Below are positions 1-10,871 of a DNA stretch of 64,000 bases, one piece after another (the stretch's first letter is position 1; each line of letters opens with the position of its first letter). The notes beneath the pieces were generated by a model. The model did not search any database and was not told the origin of the DNA. It saw only the letters and a list, made by a program, of their open reading frames with translations. The stretch spans positions 169,211 to 233,210 of the forward strand of contig CAVYGE010000002.1 in the NCBI GenBank assembly GCA_963767985.1. Direction: 5' to 3'. The position numbers were made by a program, and so were the translations under genes. This DNA is from an uncultured Chloroflexia bacterium (lineage in GTDB: Bacteria > Chloroflexota > Limnocylindria > QHBO01).

Positions 1-416
1 GGCGCGCAGGACCAGCCGATGAAACCCGTGCTCGTCGAACAGCCAGCGGGCGACGGCCAAGGTCACCTCCACCGCGATCCCTCGCCGCGCGCCCACGGCG
101 CCACCCAGAAGCCGATCTCGCTCGCGCCGTCCCGCCAGTCGGTCCGGCGCAGGCCGAACGAGCCCACCAGGCGGTCGTCGCTGCGCCTGACGGCCGCGGC
201 CATCACGCCGTCGCCCATGGTCCGGATCTCCTCGGCGCCGAGGCTGCACCAGTCCATGGCGTCGGCCATCGTGTACGGGCTGGGCAACGGCAGCCAGCGC
301 TGCGACCGCTCGTCGCCGCACGCCTCCAGGACATCGGGCGCGTCGCGTTCCTCGAAGGGCCGGAGGCTGACCCGCGCCGTCTCGATGCGCAGCTGGGGAA
401 AGGTCGGTCGCTCCAT
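1..416 (-). CDS. GNAT (RimJ/RimL-type) N-acetyltransferase, runs off window start; frameshift near 75
   Basis: MERPTFPQLRIETARVSLRPFEERDA...ASEIGFWVAPWARGEG; continues after a 1-nt slip as IAVEVTLAVARWLFDEHGFHRLVLR. Confidence 0.8.
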
Positions 417-1119
417 CAGCGGCGGGACCGTCCGATCCACAGGCCGCGCCCGGTGAGTCCCTCGGGGTCGTGCTCCACCTCGAGGTCGGCCCGCTCGAAC
501 GCCCCGCGGTAGTCGACGGCGCAGAAGAGCCCGAGGGAGTGCGTCTCGACGATGTGCTCGACTGACCCGAGCGCGCCACCAGGTAGTGGAAGTCCATGAC
601 CGATCGCCCGTCCTCGACGCGCGATCCATTCGTCCGCACCGCTCGGAGCCCGGACCCCTCGACCACGAGCATGGCCGGGACATGGTCCGGATCGAACGTC
701 GTCGGGGAGAGCCATGGCTCGACGACGAGGACGCCACCGGGAGCCAGGTGGCGGGCCAACGTCTACGCCGCTCGACCGAGTTCGTCCGGCGTCTGCATGT
801 AGCCGATGCTGCTGAACAGACAGGTGACGACGTCGAACGTCCTCCCGAGGTCGGCGTCGCGCATGTCACCGAGGTGAAGCGGGACACCCGGCAGCCGCGC
901 GGCGGCAACGTGGAGGAGGCCCGCGTCGAGATCCAGGCCCTCGACGTCGAACGAGGCCCGGAGCGCCTCGAGGTGGCGACCCGTACCGCAGGCGACATCG
1001 AGGAGCGTCCTGGCCCCCGGATAGCGCGCGCTCACGATCTCGCGCACGGCATCGGCCTCGGCCGCGTAGTCCTTGAAGTCGTAGAACAGGTCGTACAGGT
1101 CAGCGGTCTTGTCGAACAT
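416..1119 (-). CDS. Class I SAM-dependent methyltransferase (TylM1/DesVI-like), frameshifted
   Basis: YDLFY..KDYAAEA, LLDVACGTGRH motif I, LGDMRD, FDVVTCLFSSIGY; C-terminus GLTGRGLWIG lies in another frame. Confidence 0.8.
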
Positions 1120-1195
1120 CGGCGATCCCCGGCTCAGGCTCGTATTGTCCACCGCCGGCGGTCGATCCGCGCGGGGACGCCGCTAGGATGGGGCG

Positions 1196-2219
1196 ATGGT
1201 CAACCCCGCGGACCGTGTCGTGGTCGGGATCGACAACGGTGCGACGAAGAACAACGCGACCGTCCTCGACGGCGTCGGGGCACTTTCTCGTCGATCGCAT
1301 GTACGAGATTCCGAGCCGCGTCGGCGAGGGGCCGGCATCGGCGATCGAGGCCATGGCGGAGACCATGGACCTCGTGCTGGCAGAGACCGGCGTCGAGCGT
1401 GAACGGGTGGTGGCCGTGGGCCTCGACACGCCCGGCCCGGCGAGCGCTGACGGCGTCATCAGCGTCAAGGGCGCTACGAACTTCGCGCAGCCGGCATGGT
1501 GGGGGTACGACGTGCGCGCCGGGCTCGAGGAGCGCATCGGCCTGCCCGTGGTCTACAACAACGACGGCAACGCGGCCGCCCTGTACGCGCATCACGTCCT
1601 GCTGGGCGCGGCCGCCGCGACCAGCTCGTCGGTGTCGGCCATCGTCGGCACGGGCCTCGGCGGGGGCGTCATCGAGGCGGGGCACGTCGTCCGCGGCGCG
1701 GCCGGCATGGCGGGCGAGCTCGGGCACGTCCGGATTGCCACCGATGGCATCCTGGCCGAGGGTCAGCCGATGCCGATCTGCGGCTGCGGCAACGCGGGCG
1801 ATGTCGAGAGCATCGCGTCCCTGACCGGCATCGTTCGCAACCTGCTCCCCTACTGGCTGAGCCGATACCCCGAGCATCCCCTGGCCGCGATGCCGCCGGC
1901 CGATGCCGCCAAGGCGGTCCGCGGCTACGGCGTCGATGGCGACGAGATGGCGCTCGCGCTGTTCGACCAGCAGGCCGCCGCGCTCGGCCGGCTCTTCACG
2001 ATCGCGGCCAACTACAGCGACCCCGCGGTCTACTTCGTGGGCGGCGGCGTGGTGGAGGCGGCGGCGCACTTCGGCGAGTGGTTCCTCGGCCGCGTCCGCG
2101 AACACACCCAGCTGCGGGAGGAGCAGACGGCCATCGCGCAATTCGTGCTCGTGCCGGACCGCGACATGGCCGGCGCGCGAGGCTCGGCACTCGCGGCGGC
2201 GGCGACCGCCGCGCTCTGA
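1196..2219 (+). CDS. ROK family sugar kinase-like protein (frameshift ~1280)
   Basis: VVGIDNGATK, GLDTPGP, YNNDGNAAAL, GTGLGGG, GELGH, CGCGNAGDVES. Confidence 0.85.
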
Positions 2220-2242
2220 GCGCCGATGCTAGGCTGCGCGGC

Positions 2243-2828
2243 ATGACAGCACAGGCAGCCGCCCGACCCCGCGTCCTTGCCGATCTCATCCCCGGCGAGC
2301 TCGTCCGCGACGTCGCGCTCGTCGTCGGCGCGGCGGCGCTCACCGGCGTGGCGGCCCAGGTCGCCGTCCCGCTCCCCTTCACCCCGATCCCGCTCAGCCT
2401 CCAGACGCTGACCGTGCTGCTGGCCGGCGCGGCGCTCGGACCGATGCGAGGCGGCCTGGCGATGGGCCTCTACCTCGTCGCCGGCGTCATCGGCGTGCCG
2501 TGGTTCAGCGAGCAGCGCTCCGGCTGGGAGTTCGCATCCTTCGGGTACATCGTCGGGTTCGTGCTCGCGGCGATCGTGGTGGGAGCCTTCGCACGACGCG
2601 GGGCCGACCGGACCGTGATCGGGACGGCCGGCCTGATGGTGCTCGGCAACCTTCTCATCTACGCGATCGGGGTCCCGTGGCTGGCCTTCTCGCGTCAGCG
2701 CGGACCTGCCCGCTGCCTTAGGGATGGGCGCCACGCCGTTCCTGCTGGGTGACGCTCTGAAGATCGTGATCGCGGCGGCCCTGCTGCCCGCGGCCTGGCG
2801 CCTCGCCGGAGATCGACGCCCCGGCTGA
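2243..2828 (+). CDS. bioY: Biotin transporter BioY (frameshift ~2690-2725)
   Basis: AQVAVPLPFTPIPLSLQTLTVLLAG, YLVAGVIGVPWF, SFGYIVGF, PFLLGDALK. Confidence 0.9.
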
Positions 2829-2830
2829 CG

Positions 2831-3514
2831 CTAGGCCAGCCCGAGCGTCGGAGCGATCTCGACCGATCGAAGCAGATCCGGACCGTCCGCTGCCACGCGG
2901 TTGACGGCCGTGCTCACCGGCCACATGCGCAGATGGTCCGCCGGCGCGGGCTGCATGAGCGCCGCCACTACGGCGAGGTCGGCATCGGGGTCGAGCCATG
3001 CCTCGAGCGCATCGGCGCCCAGGATCACCGGCATGCGGTTGTGGATCGGCGCCAGGAGCTCGTTCGGTGCCGTGGTCAGGATCGCGGCGGTCAGTCCCTG
3101 CTCGTGGATCGGGCTCCAGATGCCGGCCAGCGCCAGCATCTCGCCGTCGGTCGCCGGGCCGATGGCGTAGGGCTGCCGCGGCGACGTGGTGCGGTCCCAC
3201 TCGTAGAACGCGTCGGCCGGCACGATGCATCGGCGACCGCGCAGCGAACGACCGAAGACGGACGAGTCCCACGCCGTCTCGGAGCGAGCGTTGATCCAGG
3301 ACTTCGTCCCAGGGCGCTCGTCCGCCGCCCAGAACGGGCGGAATCCCCATCGCGCGGCCACAAGCCGCCGCTCGTCGTCGCGCTGGACGACCATGCGGAT
3401 GGTCTCGGTCGGCGGGACGTTGTAGAGGCCGTCGGGCAGGTCGTCGTCGGGATACGCGCCGAAGTAGTCGCTGATCCGATGCGACGGCTCGCCCTGGCTG
3501 AATCGACCACACAT
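2831..3514 (-). CDS. SOS response-associated peptidase (SRAP/YedK/HMCES family)
   Basis: N-terminal MCGRF with catalytic Cys2, YNVPPT, INARSET, RCIVPADAFYEW, IHNRMPVIL, VSTAVN. Confidence 0.9.
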   Translation of the reverse strand: MCGRFSQGEPSHRISDYFGAYPDDDLPDGLYNVPPTETIRMVVQRDDERRLVAARWGFRPFWAADERPGTKSWINARSETAWDSSVFGRSLRGRRCIVPADAFYEWDRTTSPRQPYAIGPATDGEMLALAGIWSPIHEQGLTAAILTTAPNELLAPIHNRMPVILGADALEAWLDPDADLAVVAALMQPAPADHLRMWPVSTAVNRVAADGPDLLRSVEIAPTLGLA

Positions 3515-3553
3515 GCGTACGCCGATGGTAGCCGCCGGGGCTATGCTCCGAGC

Positions 3554-3874
3554 ATGCGTGAGATGACGTTCAGCCCGGCGCTCGTCGGCGCCGCCTGTGA
3601 CCTGGGCGAGGCCGACCTTCGCGTCCGGGTCGCCGAATGGAGGTCGCTGCGCGAGCATGCCGCGCACGTCGCGCTCATCGACGACGGCGTCGCCGTCGAG
3701 CTCGCCCCCGACCAGGACGTGCGCGCGGCTGCGGACCTTGCGGCTCGTGAGTCGGATTGCTGCCCGTTCTACGCCATGACCCTGACGATCGCCGGGCCTT
3801 CGCGTCGCCTGGCGATCACCGCCGGGCCGGGCGGCCAACCCGCCGTCCAGGCCCTGCTCGGGATGCTTCAGTAG
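3554..3874 (+). CDS. Small Cys-containing protein (AC-x-L ... E-x-x-CCPF), resembling the C-terminal domain of some MerR-type proteins
   Basis: [17 protein letters not shown]...[10 protein letters not shown]; leaderless TATGCT 6 nt before the ATG. Confidence 0.6.
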   Translation: MREMTFSPALVGAACDLGEADLRVRVAEWRSLREHAAHVALIDDGVAVELAPDQDVRAAADLAARESDCCPFYAMTLTIAGPSRRLAITAGPGGQPAVQALLGMLQ

Positions 3875-4534
3875 CGACGCCCCCGCTGGCGGGCCAGGTC
3901 GAACTGTGCGGTGTCGGCGATGGCCATGACGGCCATGGTCCCCGCCTGGACCGGGTCGGACACCACGAGGTCGGCGGCATCCGCGACGGACCCGGCCATG
4001 TTCAGGGCGATGACCGGCACGCCCGTGCTCGCGCAGCTCGCGGACGGCCGTCGTGATCTCGCCGCCCATGATCGCCCCCGCCAGCACCAGGCAGCGGGCG
4101 CGAGGCAGGTCCGCGACCGCCCGCACCGCCGCGGCGATGGCATCCTCGCCCACCAGCGCGATGGTGTCGACGCTGATGCGCTCGCCGCGCAGGTTGTGGC
4201 GATCGGCCTCCGAGACGGCGCCCAGGGCAACCTGCGCGACCTGCGCGCCTCCGCCGATGACGATCACCCGCTTGCCGAAGACGCGGTCGAGGATCCGCGT
4301 CGGCTCCTGGGACTCGATGGCGGCGACTCCGGCCAGCGCGGCCGCGAGGCCGGCCTCGTCCAGCCCGATCACCTCGAGCTCCGCCTCCGCCACCCCGTCG
4401 CTGACCCGCGGCGTCGACAGCGTGCGCAGCGTTCCTCCCGCGGCGGCCACGGCCGACACGATCTGGGCCAGTGAGTCGGGTGCGTCGGTGAACCGAAGCC
4501 GGATGGCGCTCGAGGTGCCCGGGGGACCGGTCAT
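3868..4534 (-). CDS. ACT domain + DUF5612 protein (archaeal AF1403-like); frameshift ~4022
   Basis: [40 protein letters not shown]...[10 protein letters not shown] / [38 protein letters not shown]; ATG directly follows the trpG stop. Confidence 0.8.
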
Positions 4535-5115
<581 letters not shown>

Positions 5116-5119
<4 letters not shown>

Positions 5120-6477
5120 TCCGGACCCCCGATCGCCGCGAGCATGGAGGCGGCCTTGGCTGCGACCTCCGCCGCCTCGCGGTCCGGGATCGAGTCGGCC
5201 ACGATGCCGGCCCCCGCATGCACGGTCGCCACGCCGTCGCGGATGAGGGCCGAGCGGATGGTGATGGCGCACTCGACGTCGGTCGGGCTGAAGTAGCCAA
5301 CGGCCCCGCCGTACGGGCCGCGCTTCTCGTCCTCGAGCTCCGCGATGGCCTGCATGGCCCGGACCTTGGGGGCGCCGCTCACCGTCCCGGCCGGGAACAC
5401 CGCGCGAACCGCGTCGAAGGCATCGAGCCCGTCGGCCAGGCGGCCGTGGACCTCGGACACGATGTGCATGACATGCGCGTAGCGTTCGACGTCGCGCAGG
5501 GTGGTGACCTCGACGCTGGCCGTGGTCGCGACGCGCCCGACGTCGTTGCGTGCCAGGTCGACGAGCATGGCGTGCTCCGCCAGCTCCTTGGGATCGGCCC
5601 GCAGCTCCGCCTCGAGAGCCGCGTCCGCGACGGGGTCCTCGTCACGGCGCCGGGTGCCCGCGATCGGCCGCGTCACGACCTGGCCGTCCCGGACCCGGAC
5701 CAGCAGCTCCGGCGATGCGCCGACCACGGCGGCACCGGGAGAGACGACGCTGAGGTCCAGGTAGTAGAGGTAGGGGGACGGGTTGACGCGTCGCAGGGAG
5801 CGGTAGATGTCGAGCGCGGTGCGATCGGTCGGAACGGAAAAGCGGCGCGCCAGCACCGTCTGCAGCATCTCTCCGGCGTGGATCTCCTCGACCAGCCGTG
5901 CCACGCCTCGCTCGTAGCGGTCCCGCGCATCGGGGTCGGTCTCGGGGGGCACGACGGCCGCGGGAAACTGGAGCGGAACCTCACCGGGCGCCGGCGTGCC
6001 CAGCGCCGCTGCGACATCCTCGAGTCGCTCGGGGGCGCCGGGGCCATCCAGCGTGGCGACGCGCGCGACCTGGGCGAGGTGGTCGAAGATGATGACCACC
6101 GACGGGATGTGGAAGACGGCGTCCGGCATGCCGAGCGGGTCGGCGGCAACGGCCGGAAGGCGCTCCCAGTGCGCCGTGGCCTCGTAGGCAAGGTAGCCGA
6201 CTCCCGACGCGAGCGGGAATCCCGGGTCGCCGGCGGACGCCGTGACGGACGGCAGCTCGCCGCGCAGGACCTCGAGCGGGTCGCCGTCCTCGGGCCGCAC
6301 GACCAGCGTTCTGCCATGCACGCCGGCGATCGAGTAGCGACCGTAGCGCGCGCCGCCCTCGACGCTCTCGAGCAGGAAGGCGCAGCGGGAGCCGAGGCGC
6401 AGCGCCGCAGCGACGGGGGTCAGCGTGTCGGCGGCGAGTTCGATGCTCGTGACGCGGGCGGGGGTCGCGATGGTCAT
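5116..6477 (-). CDS. trpE: Anthranilate synthase component I
   Basis: FLLESVEGG (Trp feedback site), NPSPYLY, GASPELLV, RPIAGT, EHAMLVDLARND, FPAGTVSGAPK, RGPYGGAVGY; upstream Trp T-box. Confidence 0.9.
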
Positions 6478-6499
6478 TGGGTCCTGCTCTGGTGGGAAC

Positions 6500-6533
6500 G
6501 ACAAAGCCTCCATCCGGATCAGGGACGGAGGCT
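6500..6533 (-). terminator. T-box intrinsic terminator
   Basis: AGCCTCCGTCC-loop-GGATGGAGGCT followed by TTGT; overlaps the 3' arm of the antiterminator. Confidence 0.8.
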
Positions 6534-6782
6534 CTCTTCCGCGGTGCCACCCTTGGTTCGGACCCGGGCGGGTCCGCGCTCATTCGGGCCGATGTTAACG
6601 GGGCCCAGCCCGTCGCCGCCTAATGTGTTCGGAGCCGAGGAGTATTACCGTATATACCCACCGCCGAAACACCTCGGAGCGAGGCTCGCGGGTCCATTCA
6701 CGCTCGTCGTGCCATGCCGGCTCGCACCATCCCGGCTCGCTCCCATGGCCGTGCGATCGCTACTCGTCCCAATCGTCGCCAT
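6500..6782 (-). promoter_or_regulatory. T-box riboswitch with Trp (UGG) specifier
   Basis: Minus strand: kink-turn GGCGACGA, AGTA loop, GGTGCGAG distal loop, GAA-TGG-A specifier, CCGTTA stem IIA/B, stem III CGGACCCG/CGGGTCCG, T-box AAGGGTGGCACCGCGG. Confidence 0.92.
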
Positions 6783-6798
6783 CTGAAGTTGGAGCCGC

Positions 6799-6827
6799 AT
6801 GCTAGGCGCGGACCGCGGCCTGGTCAA
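6799..6827 (-). promoter_or_regulatory. Sigma70-type promoter of the T-box/trpEG operon
   Basis: TTGACC-17 nt-TAGCAT just upstream of T-box stem I. Confidence 0.75.
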
Positions 6828-6914
6828 GGCTTCGCCCAGATCGCAACCGCGTCGCAACCCAAGCATCACCACCGCGTTGCCGACGTCCGGGCATCGGCGT
6901 CGTACGCTCGCCGC

Positions 6915-7148
6915 ATGGACCTTTCCGAGCCGATCTCCATTGAGCGTGACTTCACCGCCTTCTCGGTCCGCGACGGCCGCCTTGCCCCGATCACCTGCGT
7001 CGCCTGCGGCTGCCGCCTCGAGCGCCACGCCGACGGCGCCTGGTGGCACTTCTCCGGCCGCGGGGAGCGCGACGCGCGAGGCTGTATCGTTGCCTGCGCC
7101 GAGCAGCCGCACTACGCACCCGGAGGCGTCGCCGCCGCCCTCGGCTGA
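6915..7148 (+). CDS. Small Cys/His-rich hypothetical protein (77 aa), possible metal binder
   Basis: CVACGC..H..WWH...RDARGCIVAC...H; leaderless TACGCT 6 nt before the ATG. Confidence 0.6.
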   Translation: MDLSEPISIERDFTAFSVRDGRLAPITCVACGCRLERHADGAWWHFSGRGERDARGCIVACAEQPHYAPGGVAAALG

Positions 7149-7161
7149 GCCCGAGGACCGC

Positions 7162-9934
7162 GTGCCCCGATCGACCGCCGCCGAGACCGCCCGCCGAGCC
7201 GAGCCCAAGGGCATCGGCAGTGCCCATGCGCGGGACCCGCTGGCCCGCGAGGTCAAGCTCGTCGGCGCGCTCCTTGGGCAGGTCATCGTCGAGCAGGAGG
7301 GGGCGCAGCGCTTCGAGCTGATCGAGCAGCTGCGCAGGGCCGCCATCCGCCGCCGAGCGGGGGCGACTGACGACGCCTCGCATCTCGACGACCTCCAGAC
7401 AGCGATCCGCGGCCACGGCACCGACGACCTCCTCGCCGCCGCCCGTGCCTTCACCGCCTACTTCCTGCTCATCAACCTCGCCGAGGAGAAGCACCGCGTG
7501 CGATCCCTCCGCCAGCGAGAGCGGTCGAGCACCCGCGACGGGCTGCCCGAGAGCATCGCCGACGCCGTCTCGCGTCTCGCGCGCGCCGAGACCTCGACCG
7601 CCGAGATGCGCGACATGCTGGACGGGCTGCTGCTGCGCCCGGTGCTCACCGCCCATCCGACCGAGGCTCGGCGCCGGACGGTGCTCGTCGCACAGCGCCG
7701 CCTCTACGCACTGCTCGACCGCTTCGACGATCCGCGGCTCACCCGGACCGAGGACGCCGACCTGCGACGGCGGCTGCGCGAGGAGATCAGCATCCTGTGG
7801 CAGACGAGCCACGCGCGGACCCAGCGGCCCAGCCCGCTCGACGAGGTTCGGGCCGCCATGGTCTTCTTCGACCAGACGATCTTTCGCGCCATTCCCCGCC
7901 TGTATCGCGCTCTCGACGCGGCTCTCGTCGACCGTGGACGCGCGAGCCCCGGCAGCGGCGCCCGCCGGCCCGCGGCCCCGGCCTACGTGCGCTGGGGCTC
8001 GTGGATCGGCGGCGATCGCGACGGACACCCCGGCGTCACGTCCGAGACGACACGCGCCACGCTGCGCATCCAGGCCGATCACGTCCTTCACGGCTACCGG
8101 AACGTCGCCGACCGCCTCCAGCAGACGATCGCCGTGGGTGATGACCGCGCCGCACTGCCGGCCGACTACGCGCGTCGCATCGCTCGCGACCGGCGGGCAC
8201 TTCCGGAGCTGCGGGCCAGCCTCGATCGACGGTTCCCCCACCAGCCGTACCGGCAGGCGTTCGGGATCATCGGCGAGCGGATCGAACGGACACGCACCCG
8301 GCTCACGGGACGCCGGGGACCGCGTCGCCACGGCTACGGCTCGCCATCGGAGCTGCTGGATGACCTGCGCGCGATGCAGGCCGCACTCGTCAGCCACGGC
8401 GCGGATCGGGTCGCGTGGGGCGAGGTGCAGGACTTCGTGTGGCAGGTCGAGACCTTCGGATTCCACCTCGCCGCCCTCGAGGTTCGACAGCACGCGGACG
8501 TCCATGCCGCCGCGCTGGAGCGAGTCCGCGGAGAAGGCGATCCAGGCGAACCCCTGTCGGGCAGTGGCACGACCGCGGACGAGGTGCTCGCCACCCTCCG
8601 CGTGATCCGGGAGATCCACGCGAGCTTCGGCCCCGAGGCACTCCCCCGCCATGTCGTGAGCTTCACGCGAACGGCCGCCGACGTGACGAACCTCCTGGCG
8701 CTCGATGCCATCGCGTCGCCGAACGCCGAGCCGCTGGACCTGGACCTCGTCCCGCTCCTGGAGTCGCGTGACGCCCTGACCGGCGCGCGCGACCTGCTGC
8801 GCAGCCTGCTCACCGACCCCGTCTATCGGCCTCACCTCGTGCGTCGCGGGATGCGCCAGGAGGTGATGCTCGGCTACTCGGACTCGAACAAGGAGAGCGG
8901 CTATCTCGCGGCGGCCTGGAGCCTGTACCGCGCCCAGGAGGAGCTGGTGGCCGTGGCGCGGGAGGAGGGCGTCGAGCTCACGCTGTTCCACGGCCGCGGC
9001 GGGACGATCGGCCGCGGCGGCGGCCCGGCCAACCGCGCGGTGCTGGCCCAGGCCGGCGGCTCGGTCGACGGGCGGCTCGCACTGACCGAGCAGGGCGAGG
9101 TGATCGCCGAGCGATACCCGAGCCCGGTGATCGCGCAGCGCCATCTCGAGCAGCTCACCAACGCGGTCCTGCTCGCCAGCCGCGCCGATCACGCCGCCGA
9201 GACGGCGGTCCAGGCAGAACGCTGGCGCGCGCTGATGGACGAACTCGTCCGGCCTCGCGGAGCGGGCGTATCGGCGGCTCGTCTGGGAGGACCCGGAGTT
9301 CGAGGCGTACTTCCACGCGGCCACCCCGATCGACGAGATCAGCCGCATGGAGCTCGGCTCGCGGCCGGCCAAGCGCGGCAGCACCGGGGCGCCGCCCGGC
9401 CTCGAGCAGCTGCGGGCCATCCCGTGGGTCTTCTCCTGGTCGCAGAGCCGCACGAACCTGCCAGCCTGGTTCGGCGTGGGGGCCGCGCTGACGGCCTACG
9501 CGGAGGACCGTGCCGATGGGCGTGACCGCCTGGCGGCCGCGTACCGTGAGTGGGCCTTCTTCCGCTCGGTCATCGACAACGTCGAGCTCGGTCTGGCCCT
9601 CGCCGATCCGATCCTGGCGGCTCGCTACGCCAGCCTGGCCGGCGACTCCCCGCCGATGCGGCACATCGCCGATGCGATCGAGCAGGAGCGCATCCGGACC
9701 CTGGACGAGCTGATGAGAATCACCGGACGCAGCGAGATCCTCGAGGGCAGCCCCCGATTCCGGCGCAGCGTCGAGCTGCGGACGCCATACGTCGACGTCC
9801 TGAGCGAGCTCCAGGTGCTCGCGCTTGAGCGATTGCGCGGCGGCTCCCTGTCCGTCACGGAGCGCACCTCGGCAGAGCAGCTGCTCCAGCTCACCGTGGG
9901 AGGGGTCGCGGCCGGACTCCAGCACACCGGTTGA
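7162..9934 (+). CDS. ppc: Phosphoenolpyruvate carboxylase (frameshift ~9250)
   Basis: VLTAHPTE, WIGGDRDG, QEVMLGYSDSNK, FHGRGGTIGRGGGP, TEQGE, LRAIPWVFSWSQ, AAGLQHTG C-terminus. Confidence 0.93.
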
Positions 9935-9959
9935 CCCGATCCGTCACGATGTCGCGGCC

Positions 9960-10670
9960 ATGACCGACCGTCCACGGACCGCGATCATCACCGGCGCCGC
10001 CGCCGGCATCGGCCGCGCGACCGCCACCCTGCTGGCGACCGATGGCTGGCGCGTGGTCGGCGTCGACCGGTCGAACGGCGACGGCGTGGACATCGCTGGC
10101 GACGCGGGTGATCCGGCTGTCCTGGCCGATGCGCTGGCTCGCTGCGATGGCTCGCTCGACGCGCTGATCTGCTCTGCCGGCATCCCGCCGTCGGGGCCGT
10201 GGGACAGCCGCGAGCACTGGGACGAGGTGCTGCGCGTCGATCTCTCCGCCCCGTACGAGGCGCTGCGCGTCTGCTGGCCCGCGCTCGTTTCTGCCGGCGG
10301 ATCGGCGGTGCTCGTCGGAAGCATCGTCGGGGCGGCCGAGGGCTCGCTCCGTTCCCCCGCCTACGCGGCCGCCAAGGCCGGGATCGAAGGGTTGGCGCGC
10401 TCGTTCGCGGTCATCGGCGCGGCCGATGGCGTGCGCGTCAACGTCGTGGCGCCCGGCGCCATTGCCACCGACTTCGACGAGCGGCTCCTCCCCGCCGACC
10501 ATCGGACCGACGTGCCGCTGGGACGGATGGGCACGGCGGAGGAGGTTGCCGGCGTCATCGGCTTCCTCGTCGGTCCGGCCGCCAGCTATGTGACCGGAGC
10601 GGTGTGGACGGTCGATGGTGGACGGAGCGTCCTCTCCTCGGCCGATGCGGCCCGCCTGCCGAGTGGTTGA
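9960..10670 (+). CDS. Short-chain dehydrogenase/reductase
   Basis: TGAAAGIG, YAAAK, VRVNVVAPG, VDGG. Confidence 0.88.
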   Translation: MTDRPRTAIITGAAAGIGRATATLLATDGWRVVGVDRSNGDGVDIAGDAGDPAVLADALARCDGSLDALICSAGIPPSGPWDSREHWDEVLRVDLSAPYEALRVCWPALVSAGGSAVLVGSIVGAAEGSLRSPAYAAAKAGIEGLARSFAVIGAADGVRVNVVAPGAIATDFDERLLPADHRTDVPLGRMGTAEEVAGVIGFLVGPAASYVTGAVWTVDGGRSVLSSADAARLPSG

Positions 10671-10696
10671 CACCGCGAGCACATCGGCCGTAGAGT
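10667..10696 (+). promoter_or_regulatory. Sigma70-type promoter of the shikimate operon
   Basis: TTGACA (10667-72), 18 nt, TAGAGT (10691-96). Confidence 0.75.
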
Positions 10697-10706
10697 CCGC
10701 GAACCA

Positions 10707-10733
10707 ATGAACAGCAAGTGGTTTTATGGCTAG
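10707..10733 (+). CDS. Attenuator leader peptide MNSKWFYG (Trp-Phe-Tyr)
   Basis: ATG AAC AGC AAG TGG TTT TAT GGC TAG, located between the promoter and an intrinsic terminator preceding the DAHP synthase gene. Confidence 0.8.
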   Translation: MNSKWFYG

Positions 10734-10785
10734 CGGGTACGAGGCAGGCGAGTAGAACTCGCCGGCAGAGGCACTCGTGCCCGCA

Positions 10786-10820
10786 GACGCAGGAAGCGAA
10801 AGCTCCTGCGTTTTTTGTTT
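10786..10820 (+). terminator. Attenuator intrinsic terminator upstream of DAHP synthase
   Basis: ACGCAGG-A-AGC-GAAA-GCT-CCTGCGT hairpin followed by TTTTTGTTT. Confidence 0.88.
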
Positions 10821-10871
10821 CCCCGATGCGGGCCGGGGCGCGACGGCGCAACAACGAGAGGCGGCAACCGA

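Noticed and set aside
2831-4534. 567-aa ACT/DUF5612-SRAP fusion ORF
   Set aside because: An indel near 4022 bridges two genes across an opposite-strand gene, and SRAP needs its own N-terminal MC start.
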